Source of the DNA: Trichoplax adhaerens
Taxonomy: Eukaryota > Animalia > Placozoa
Direction: 5' to 3'
Assembly: GCF_000150275.1 (NCBI RefSeq)
Contig: NW_002060973.1
Coordinates: 186,001-250,000 of the forward strand
Length of the DNA: 64,000 bases
The translations under genes were made by a program, and so were the position numbers. Below, piece after piece: positions 27,201 through 38,700 of the stretch (positions within the stretch are counted from its first letter, which is position 1; each line of letters opens with the position of its first letter). The notes under the pieces were generated by a model. That model did not search any database and had not been told where the DNA came from. It worked only from the letters and a program-made list of their open reading frames with translations.

Positions 27201-30200
27201 CAGTACATCTTTCGGACTAAAGAATTTATGGTAGTATTGAAGAAATGATCCATTCGGAGAACCACGATCGAATCTCTTTCGCCGTTATGTTGTTGGTTAT
27301 TATATGGATGTACTGTAAATTGAGCTTTCAGTTTCTATACAACTTGTTAGGCAACTTCAAACCAAGAAAATTATCAGAAGCAAGTGTAAATTATAAAGAA
27401 ATTTTACCAACTAGAATGCTTGATGCGGTCAGATGACGAAATTTACTAATCTATGATGGGCAAACGGCGAATCTTTTAATCATATCACAATTTGTCTCAA
27501 TTTGACATTTTTACTTGGCAAATTCGAGACAATGCGGTAGAGTGAAAAGGATTTTGACCAAGTTGTCAGCCCAGCCCGATTCCAGCCCTATCGCATCTAA
27601 ATTATCCTGGCACTCATTACAGTTCCCACACCGTTCCTTGTATTGGTAATTAAAATATAGATATATTTCTAGGCATGAATTACTAAATTTTCCTTGTCAT
27701 TAGCCTAGAACATGGACGGTAAAATTTTAGTAGTTGATGTCCTAGGCTAATTACGGTAACATCCAAAGTCTACAATTTCTCCCCACCACCGTTCAGTATG
27801 CAGTATGTTTTACGCATATGCGGATACTACAGTAAGTAGTATCCCATTAAGCAGCAAATTATTATAAATATGGAGTACAGTATGGACTAATGCGTAAAAT
27901 AAAAAGAAAGAAAATGGGGTGAAAATTGGTAACGGTCGGAGAATAAACATGAAAAACCAGTGGTAATTTAAGCATTAACTCGTCCTGTGTATATGTAGTA
28001 CTACCGTGTAAGCGTTTGCTGGTTATATCAATGTAATCCAGTGTGATTAATGGATGTGCCCAGGATTGTTAACCTTCAAAACTTATTCTACGATCAAATA
28101 AACTTTAAATAATTTAGTACGATCAAGTTCCAAAATTGTTAAGTTATTGTTTCATTTTTGTGTTACAAGTCAAAGAGGGCGCTGTAGATGTATGGGCAAC
28201 AGAAAAGAACAAGGTTAAAAACTACGTAAACTACTGTTACATCGTCGTTAACAAATTGGAAAAGGTAGTAGTGCATTCTAGTGCTTACCTCGATCTGTTC
28301 TCCATATAGTGTATAGTATTTGGAGAGTAACAAGCATTAACACTACTGTACACTAGCGTACATGAGAGACTGTTGACGTAGTTGTCGATGGTAAAGCATA
28401 GGTTAAAGTAAATTGTTTTCATTTTGAACAGAAATTGAATATCAAAAGCATAGGAGAAAACTTCTTTGGATTATTTTTGTCTTATATTATTACTGTATAG
28501 AATCGTTTGATCAAACTACGATGGATTCATATAGTCCATGATAATTTTAATTGAATAAAAATCACGTAAATTACGCATATTTAACCTAGTGAAATCAATC
28601 CAATAGTAACGATTGTTGTCTGCTGAGATAGAATCAATACAAATAGTCGATATTATTATTATTGACAGGGAATATGCTAGGATTGAATTTTCTTATACTG
28701 CGGTTCGAAATCATGGATGAGTAAGTACTCCTAGAGTATGATGTAGTCTATGTTTAGTTGTAATGCCGTTAACAGAATCAATACAAGTAGTTGATATTCA
28801 AAGGCAAAGAATAAGTTTTCTTATACTGGCGTGCTGAATCCTGGACTAGGAGAATTACTCTTAAAGAGTATTGGGTAGTTCACAGTTGGACTTAGTACGA
28901 GTACAGTAGTTTGCTTTCTTAGCTTATTGATTCCAAGACAGTATTATCGGATGGTAAAGCGGCACTACTCGTATAAGGCGGTTTACTCTTGTAGTGTTCA
29001 TTTTTACAAGTGGGGAATATTGTTCAATAACGCTACGGATTATTTGACAAAGCAAAAATGGCGTAGTTCATCGCATGTCCGTTGTACAGTACCTTAAAGT
29101 CCATACAGTATTGACTGCTATCAGTTGTACAGGCCAGAAAATTGTAATTATCAAAGATACACTAGATCACTAAAAGGTGCCGGCTACTATTTATCTGTCC
29201 TATCCCCAAAATGACAACGATAACATTAACAATTTTATTGATGCATGGCTTCTGTCGATGGCTTGGATATTGTGTACATCTTCTCTGTCAATGAGTTTAT
29301 TCAGTACGCGAAGAGTTCAACATCCATTACAGTAGAGTGTATTTGTTATCGAGATGATTGACTGTCTTTGATATCAAGCATAAGCAGTAGAAATAGAAAG
29401 TGGAACAAATCGATAGGTGATATCGATAAAGAATGAGATGTTAAACAACGTATGTAAAATGATGTCCATCTAAAGTATTTAGCTGTTGATCAAAGTCTAA
29501 ATTTTATGCCAGTCTAGTAAAATACATAAGAATCAACTATTACAGTTCGAATCATTTTGTAGTCCAAGTAGCTAGCCTACTTGGAATTGCCTGAATAGCG
29601 ACTAGCATCCTTTGAATTCGATCGTAATAATCTCTGTGTCTATAGTAATGTGAGTTAGCAAATATCACAGTTGATACTAAAAGTCAGGAATATCCCACAA
29701 TAAACTGGAGTTTATTGATTGATCGATGCGATCCATCTTGAAACTCTTGTCTACTGGCATGCCAGTTGAGATGATAGCATAGACAGCCCAATTGTAATTA
29801 GTGTAAAGTCATCAGTTGATACATGAGATTGAATTGCATTTGTAAGTTTCTTGTTCGATAAGACGAGATGAAAGAAAAAAAATAGACACGTACGTCTCCT
29901 ACTGTACCCGTATGGAAGTAGAATACAAGGTAGTTTCATTTTGTTTTCATTCAGTCATGGTCGCCTCTTTCAGGCATCCATGTTGACAATTTTCAACATC
30001 AAGACAGTAAGCTACTGTGTGTAGTACAAGTGGTTTGATGTTGACCGTCTCATCCTCCATGTTGATGATGATGGATATATTGTGCCATTTAGACTGGAAT
30101 TACACTATACCATTTGTTTTATATAACCTAAATTATCATCTTGACAACCTTGCTACTTTCCATCCATGATAACAAGAAGAAAAAGAAAGGAGAATAGTGA

Positions 30201-31296
30201 TTAAAATTACTATAACGGTAAAATTGTCATGGTCATTGGATATCGATCCAATCCGATGGGCTGATTAGGGGGTATATCTTTCTAGCGTATATAAACAATT
30301 TATCAAGACTAAACTATCAAGGCAACTCGTATCGACTGTTTATCCACTTCATTTGGACTATCATGGATGAAAGGCATCATTCAATGACTCATCTTCTCCA
30401 AGGCTAAACTACAATCACTTTTCAACCTCTTTTTTTATCATTCGCCGTACTCTAGTTTACACCATGATAAAAGACAAGCAAGGCGTAGATGAATATGAAA
30501 AGTCCAAATTATCCTCCATGTTGGATCGATGTATATCGACTCCATCTCGACGTACCCCTTGCATCCATCGATCAAGCAATACCATCGCTAATATGCTATA
30601 TAAGCTATTCAACGTGCCATTTTATCCATGCTAACATGTTGAAAAAACCCCCAACTCGCATAACCTACTCAACTCAAGACAACCAGTTCTCCTAGCCAAC
30701 AACAATATCCTCCTATTGCCTACTCAAATGTAATCAAGAAGCCATCGAGCGTCGGGACGATTGCAGAGTGTCCATGATGGCTTTCGTCTAGGCAAAGGTA
30801 CTCTGGAGTGCTACGTCGACGGCAAAGCCAAGCTAGGACAAGACTAGCGACAAAAGTGGCGCTAGTCGTGTGTTTAGTGTAAGACTTGGCAGTAATAGCC
30901 ATACACTCAATCTTCATCGTGTTATCATGGCATGACTAAGTTGGTCAAGTTACGTCAGACAAAGGGTGTAGTAATGGTGGCTAGCGATTGGATCGATGGC
31001 AATCTCCACTAATGCATTCTCTCTCATTTCGACATCGATTGCAAAACGATGACCAGTATTGAAATGCAGTGGATTGATCGATGATCGCCTTTAGCACCTG
31101 ATCAAGACCATGAAATGACAGTAGCCGAGAGGCAAAATAGGACTTGGGATAAGTGTCTATGAGAGTCTCCATTGCAGGCTCAACTACGCTGAAGGACGAG
31201 TTTTACTGAGTGGACATGGCTGTCTACCATCATCGCCTTTGGAGAATGCAACAATTCAAATCGATCATTCTTGTATCACATTTTCTTACCTGACAT
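15210..31296 (-). CDS. KMT2C: Histone H3K4 methyltransferase KMT2C/D (MLL3/MLL4, trr+Lpt-like): PHD4-6, HMG box, ePHD, FYRN/FYRC, WIN, SET/post-SET; about 30 exons
   Basis: Phase-consistent exons: 31296-31290 (ATG TCA G|gtaag; start inferred), 26655-26624, 26359-26291, 25955-25894, 25599-25376, 25242-25124, 24898-24800, 24719-24606 (..DKFTLHQ), 24441-24337 ([22 protein letters not shown]), 24252-24071, 23967-23803, and the large exon 23656-19230 (WLHGSCE; HMG EEALG..LYAN..PNLK.EYP....RIK....LWRK). Several exons at ~19136-16760 carry the ePHD ([16 protein letters not shown]), FYR (DLFGL) and WIN ([10 protein letters not shown]) motifs. Then 16693-16522 ([16 protein letters not shown]), 16397-16362 (GLGLFA), 16285-16205 ([17 protein letters not shown]), 15970-15897 (GIYMFRID), 15671-15650 (YINHSC), 15488-15402 ([10 protein letters not shown]) and 15302-15210 ([22 protein letters not shown]). 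KMT2C and KMT2D cannot be distinguished (co-orthologue). Confidence 0.93.
28630..28880. repeat. Diverged direct duplication (~145 bp period) in KMT2C/D intron 1
   Basis: 'agaatcaataca..tagt.gatatt...ttttcttatactg.....gaa.tc.tgga....g.a..tactc.ta.agta' occurs at ~28630 and ~28774. Confidence 0.6.
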
Positions 31297-32269
31297 GACT
31301 TGAATGATTTGGATGAAGTTGCCTCGGTGAACTACATTGACAATCAGATGCTTTTCCAAGGAACTTGTGTCCAATAATGAGAATGATTATGATCAAGAAC
31401 AAATTCAAAGTCGCACAAATCAACTGTTTACACGCAATGGATGCCCAACCAATACTAAAGTGGATGATATGCCGTACAACAACGTTGATGACTGACTGCC
31501 AGTATGTTTTGAACTTATGATGATACTCATCACAGTGTTCAACTGGCTTGCGTTGGCCTTCTTTTGTGCTTGGTGAGTCATTGCGCAGTACAATCAATAG
31601 GGCGGGTTGCCAGTTGTCCGTCTCATCAGTCCCTAGTACAGTTACAGTATGGATCGCAGAGTGAAGTTTGAGGTCCACTTTTTGATGCCAGTGTCTACAG
31701 TAGACAGTACTGTAGACAGAAGACCTTCTTCTGCTGCATTGTACTGTAGCGACGTCATACCGTGCGTTTTTCATGGTCCTCTTTGCCCTACCAGTAAGCT
31801 CTTGGCTGGATGACAACAATTCTGCTATGGGTGACGTACAGTATGACTCATTGTTTAGACAATGCGACGCCGTGATCGATGTTGGTCCTTTGTGATTTTG
31901 TTGGACTCAAGTCAAAGTCGCGGCATAGTTGGATGAAAAGCTCAGCCCGGACCAATGAATGGTCTCATGGACCAGTTGACCATGGACGGTCACTGACAGG
32001 ACCACGGATGCAACGGACGATCCTGGATTCCCAGTGCTACAGTGTACAGTGTACAGTACATTGCTGAAGTCGAACTGTCCACCCTCGGTGTGAGCCAGTT
32101 CTCTTTAGAGTGCTATTAGGCAAAATAAATTGTAGTAAAGTTGCAAAATTTGCCTTAAATTCTATACATACAGATAGATGAATATTCAGCTTTATATTCG
32201 TATAATTCTTATTACATTTTGATTCACACTCGTGATTTTAGGATACCTTAAAGTACTCTGATTCGAACT

Positions 32270-32420
32270 GGTTCACATTGTACAGTATAAAGTAATTTAC
32301 GGTACAGTACTGTACTGTACTGTCCTGTACTGTCCTGCATGCAAAAATGGCGAGCGCCAGAGTTACACTATGCAAATGTACAGTCAGGTACTGTACGACA
32401 GTAGTACAGATACTACCAGT
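32270..32420. promoter_or_regulatory. Putative KMT2C/D promoter region: dense TACAGTA/TACTGTA motifs, YY1-like AAAATGGCG (32344-32352) and octamer ATGCAAAT (32370-32377)
   Basis: The motifs are seen directly, about 1 kb upstream of the inferred ATG at 31296. The promoter role is inferred. Confidence 0.4.
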
Positions 32421-32422
32421 TG

Positions 32423-33275
32423 TCCGTCTTTCCATCAATTTTACCCTGTTCCTTTGACGACGAACAATTGTACTGTTAAGCCATGACATCGACCTTCCAT
32501 TCCGTCAAATTAGATGACGGACTTGCACAATTTTCGATAACTTAACCGTCCTCTTACTTCGCTGACAGCAATACTATAGTTCTCCGTCTTTCCATCAATT
32601 TTACCCTGTTCCATTAATTCTACCTTGTTCCATTGACGACGAACAATTGTACTGTTAAGTCATGACATCGACCTTCCATTCCGTCAAATTAGATGAGGGA
32701 CTTACACAATTTTCGATAACTTAACCGTCCTCTTACTTCGCTGACAGCAATACTATAGTTCTCCGTCTTTCCATTAATTTTACCTTGTTCTATGGATGTT
32801 ACTGTAGTAACGACTGTACCGTTAAGTCATAACAACAACCTTCCATTCCATCAAATTAGATGAGGGACTTGCACCATTTTCGATAACTTAACCGTCCTCT
32901 TACTTCGCTGACAGCAATACTATAGTTCTCCGTCTTTCCATTAATTTTACCTTGTTCTATGGATGTTACTGTAGGTAACGACTGTACCGTTAAGTCATGA
33001 CAACAACCTTCAATTCCGTCAAATTAGATGAGGGACTTGCACCATTTTCGATAACTTAACCGTCCTCTTACTTCGCTGACAGCAATACTATAGTTCTCTG
33101 TCTTTCCATTAATTTGACAGTGCTCCGTGGATGTTACTGTAGTAACGACTGTACCGCTAAGTCATGACATCGACCTTCAATTCCGTCAAATTAGATGAGG
33201 GACTTGCACTATTTTCGATGGCTTAACCGTCCTCTTACTTCGCTGACAGGGATACTACAGTCCCCGTCTTTCCAT
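32423..33275. repeat. High-identity tandem array, ~160-179 bp (mode ~167) x5
   Basis: 'tccgtctttcca' anchors (some with a mismatch) at 32423, 32583, 32762, 32929, 33097 and 33263. The core 'cttaaccgtcctcttacttcgctgacag' is invariant in all five units. Confidence 0.95.
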
Positions 33276-35796
33276 TTCATCGACAATTCAATATTAAAAT
33301 TGGAAAAGAATGTCCTGATTCATTTTAATTATAATCGCAAGTAGTGCAAACTATACCGTACAAGGGACAGTCAACAGGTGGAATGGACGCAACATTCAGT
33401 GAACAGGTCGCCGAATCACCTCCAAAGTACTAGACAACGTAGACACAGAATATCTCGCTACGATACCTAGTCGCTAACTCTCGTTTGCAAGATCGAGAAA
33501 CACTTAGAAACGGAGTAAAATAGTCCATGAATGATTGAACCTTTATTAAGCTGGCCTAAGGCTCAGCAGCTTCGGCTACTATCGATTTCTGCTTCATGAA
33601 TATGACTAGGGCTACATACTGCAGTGATATTGCATTAACCGGTTTCATTTCTTACCATGATTCATCGAATACACTACTGCACTTACAGTACAGTGAACAA
33701 TAAAGTGCCTATGAGACTAGGATTATTGTGCAGAGAACTACTTCATCTGCGCCAGAAAATACTGACTGGTTCGCTTTTCAAAACGGTGTATTGTACAGTA
33801 ACTACCATAGCAATCCTACTGTTTTTGAAGCCGCATTATGACTTCTTGTACGTACGCGTATACCACAGATTTTAGAGAAAATACTCTAGTCCGTGGCGAT
33901 ACGCGCGTTAACATAAATAATAGTATAGGACTGTTGTAGCAAATCACTACTACTGCAAAAGAAGATATTCTCAATTTATCTTCTTCCAGTAGTCCTTATT
34001 GTTGCGTAAAGATTTCCCATGAGAGGGAAAACGCAATTTCTGCGTGCAAATCAGAAATTGTAAATTGTACTCTTACATCATGCGAAAATTTTCCCAATTA
34101 GGATGTTGTTGGGTTAGAGTTAGGGTTAGTAGTCGAGGTCATTGTCGATACTAGAACAGGGAGACAGTAATTGACGCAAAAGATTGTCACGGAATGACTC
34201 GTACATCAAAACGTTGAAAAGAAATCCTGTACGACATAATCTTCCCAAGACTTCTCACTTCTCATTCGATGTTCACATATAGATCTTTCCCCACTAACAA
34301 TCTTCTAATTTACGCGTACAGTATATAGTATACGAGTATGTATCAATCAATATCTTAAAAAGGTACACAGACAGACTTGTGGTACAACTCCTGTCAAGAC
34401 TCTTGCTTCTCTTGATCATCTGCTTAAAATGATATATAGACAGACGATGTGCAATACTGTTGTATCACTATCTTAGATGAAAATGCAGCACAGCACCCGC
34501 GGCAGAATTTTGAAATAGAGGATACACATCGAGAGAAGAATCTACACCAATTTTGGCCAAGCAAGTACACCTTTTATTCATAATCTACGCACATACGGTT
34601 ATAATTACAGTAGTAATGGACGGTAAGATAAAAATGAGGTTCACTTTATCCACCTTGATTGGTAACTGATACAATTAGGTCAATTAAAAAAAATTTAAAC
34701 TACAGTCTCCATGTTACCACTTTTTCAATCAGTTCAATAAAAAATAGCATCGACCGAGTTGGAAATGCTCTAATTTCAAATACAGATGAGACGTAAAGAC
34801 ATTATTATGAGTATTAGGATGATAACTGATATAACAGTTCGGTCGATGAGATAGTCGACTCTTGATCACACCATCCTTTCCAGATTGAAAAGAGACAAAA
34901 TTTCACGAAATGTATGAAGAACCATGGTTAGCATTATGGTATCATCAACTACAACATTTGTGGCAGATATTATACGCAAATACAATAATGACTACAGATG
35001 GACTACAAATATAGTGGTATGATCTTCTCAAAGTTTAACTTGGAATTAAGAAAATTACTAAACATATTGTTGATGCATGGCAATAGCCACAGATAATAAA
35101 ACGTTATTTTCCAATTTTTGATATATCAATAGATAGCTGAATGGATAGCACATTCTAAGATGAAAAAGACATATCCAGTCAGAAAAAAAAAATGACAACA
35201 TGAGAAAAAACACCCAAAATAAAAAATGGCTATTACCAATTTTACAAGGACTACAATTAAAAGATATAAAATTGCTACAGTTATACGATAACATAGATAA
35301 TAGTGATTGATTGGCTTAAACTGTATCCAAAACATGTCAATACGGCAGGAAACACCGCTTATAGTTCTAGAGAATGCAATAATGATAAATTATATTATAA
35401 GACTGAAATGACGTATTTTGTAAATTTCTTTTTAGCAATTTCAAGAAACTAAGTTTGTTCAAGCAATCGTCTATCAATCCTAACTGCCAAGATTACAGCG
35501 CTAAAGATTGGTCAAGTTCTGAAATGAATCATTGGGACATGATAAAATAGCGCATACATGTATTACTAATAAATCTTATTCAATATCAAGGTAAGCTACT
35601 GAAACATTTTTGGATATTCATTAATTTGACTGTAATCAGAAATTATTACAATAACAGTAAGTAATGACTACAAACTCAAGCCACCAATGTTACTTTCTTT
35701 TTTCAAATTACGTATGGGTGAATAATATGTTTGCTTAATTGTAATTCAATAGGTAATCTTCCCCCTAACCCATACAACTGAATCATGGGTTGCTTT

Positions 35797-38700
35797 TTAA
35801 ACAAAGGTGGAAAATGCAGAATTATTGGGGTTAATAGTACTAGCCGGACTTCCAGGACGGCTACTTCGTAATGTAGGAGCATAGCTGTTGTTACCATGAT
35901 AAGAAGCTGCTCCGTCATACCGTACATCGCTATAATCACCCATAAACGAGTTAACATCGACGTTACTTCTTGCAGCTTTCAATTCACCATATTCACCAAT
36001 GAAAGAACCATCTTCATTAAATTTGGATAACTGAGGTAAGTCTGCGTATTGATCCATACTATCCAGACTGTCCATGTCGACATCGCTATGTCGAAAATGA
36101 TCGTCTGCATAATGACTTTCTTCAGGCAAAGGTGGTCTCTTGACTTCTTCCTCAGGTTCATCAGCTGGCAGTGGAGGAACATCAGGCTTCTTTTCTTGCT
36201 CATGAGGAGTTACGTAGCGGCCAGTAGACTTCATTGTATTCCTCTTTCGACCAGATCGAACAAAGCATACCAGAATTAAGATCACTAGCAGTCCACCTAC
36301 TGAACTAACTAAAGCGATAAACCAAATTTCTTCATAAAACGGCTTTTGCTCTGCTACCACTGACCTTGTCGTCACGTTAACCTGATTACTTGGCACACTG
36401 ATTATATTTCCACCTACAGCAACAATGTGGAATGCATAAGTTGTCGATGCTTTCAAATCACTTGCTGTAAAGGCACGAACTGTTGGACTAAGTAAAGAGG
36501 AAGTATTTTGATGAGGATCATTCGAAGCTAACAGCTTGTGTTGAACGACAAATCCTTCGGTTGGATTCTCAGTGGCTTCCCATTGAAAGCTAACAGTAGT
36601 TTGTGTCACTTCCGTTGCTTTTAAATTTTGTGGTTGCTCTGGACCAATCCCATTAACCTGGAACTGAACTGTTGTTGGAACTCCATACCCGTTAGCATTT
36701 TGTGGTGTCACCGTGAATCGATAAACACCAGTCTTCATATTGTAAAAGGTAAATAGAGTCTCGCTTCCAGCAGTTGTGTTAGCAGTATATGAACCAGGGA
36801 GACCCTCGACAGTTAAGACGGTATAATTCACTTTATAATGTGTAATAGCACCATTAGAGGCACTAGGTGCGATCCATTGCACTACCACTTGGCTTCTGAC
36901 CGGTTCCGATGCAACTAAATTGGTAACTTCATCTAAAATTAATGATAATAATCGCATTTCAGTCACTAATTTCTAAACTAGGATAGCGAAAAGTTTCAAA
37001 TAGGAAAGAATCTACTCTTGACTGAATAAGCCGGTATACCACTGAATATGTCACCATCAAGTAGAATGATAGATTGTATAAAAAAGTAACTTGGATACAA
37101 TTTTGTATTTTATTTTAAGTATTACCTGGTACTGGTAAATGGATGTATTTAGAAACTGTCGGTGAGAAAGGACCGTCTCCACCTTCAGTAAATGCATTTA
37201 TCCTGAAGTTATAGGTCATATAACGTCTTAAATCATTTATTGAAGCTTCCGCAACATCACCGAAAGTACGGGTAGTAGCGACAGAATTATCATATGTCCA
37301 AAAAGAAATCTGTAAGGCAAATGCGAAACCAATACATTATTTTAGTCAATGTACTTAACAAATGGGAAAATTGTTAAAACTATTATTGTCACCTACACAT
37401 TACTAACTACACTATAACCCTATAAATAAATATTAACTTATTATAGCCTTATTAACATTTACTGAGGTTAAGTAGACGATTAAACGAAGTAGTACGGTAG
37501 TTTTTTTCAATTTCAAGATAAATCAATTACATTCCAAAGAATTAACCATTAGCTACATATTTTGCACCCGGTTCATCAAACGTTTCTTTGATTTTTATAT
37601 AAAACATATATTATACAGTCAAAATATTGAGAGATTAACAAAACTCACTCGGTATCCGACCGCTGTTGCTCTCGCCGATTTTGCTACTGCAATTTTAGAC
37701 CATCTTAACTTAACTGAAGTAATACTGGTAAGATAAGCCGTAACATCTTTAGGAGCCGCCGTAGGTGCTGTGCTACCTGTGGTAGCAGTGATAATCTCGG
37801 TTGCTGCTCGCCCAAATCCGGCGTTATTAAACGGTTGCAATCGTAGCTCATAGCGAGTGTTTTGAGCTAAACCTGCTAGACGATATGTACCAGTAGTACC
37901 AGTATTGACATTCGACCAAGATTGTGTGGGTCCTTGTTGTCTAAAAGATAACCTATAATTAATACCTGCGTCATTTTGTTCTTCTCGCGATAAGGGTACA
38001 AAGCGGATATCCAAGGCCCCAGAATTGCCGGTTACACCACTAACCCGAAATTCGCCCGGTGCGTTATAAGGTACGTCTCCAAGTGTGGAAAAGATCTGAT
38101 ACGTGCTATCTTGACTTGCTCCTACAGCATTAACAGCGACTATCCTAAAGCGATAGGTATTAAACGGTGAAAGAGCAATTCGACGGAATGTAGCCGAAAC
38201 CGGAATGTAATCTTCTGCTATTCTCCATGAATTAACATTATTGACGCGATAATGAATTGCAAATCTTAGCAATGGGCTATTATTAGGATTACCAGGTAGC
38301 CATGAAAATAGAACTGACGATCGTGTCAATTCGCTATAAGTAAAATTAAATGGTGGATTGGGTACGTCATTGACTGTTAATGTTGCTAACGATGGATTAG
38401 CTACGTAGCCAACATAAGGTACGTTAGTTGCCGCTACACAGGCAAATTGGCCCGAATCACTTAACGTACTATTGTAATAACTTAATGTTGAAGTCAAACC
38501 GTTGGTTCTTACAGTAGCTCTACTAGTAGTGATATTTTTGCCTTCCCTTTGCCAATAAAGTACGACATTCAAGCTATCAGCCTTCTGAACGGTACAAGAA
38601 ATAGTAAAGTTTTTAGGTCGGCGTATAAAAGTCGCAGCTAATGGCTTAGTAAAGACGGTCGCACTAAGCACAACGGCTGTACCAGTAGCGTCGGTTGTTC

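Noticed and set aside
32423-33275. CRISPR-like array (constant core with variable intervening sequence)
   Set aside because: The intervening segments are homologous to each other rather than unique spacers, the context is eukaryotic and no cas genes are present. It is an ordinary tandem repeat.
34111-34129. Interstitial telomeric repeat gggttagagttagggttag
   Set aside because: Only about three imperfect units; compatible with chance or a single binding site.
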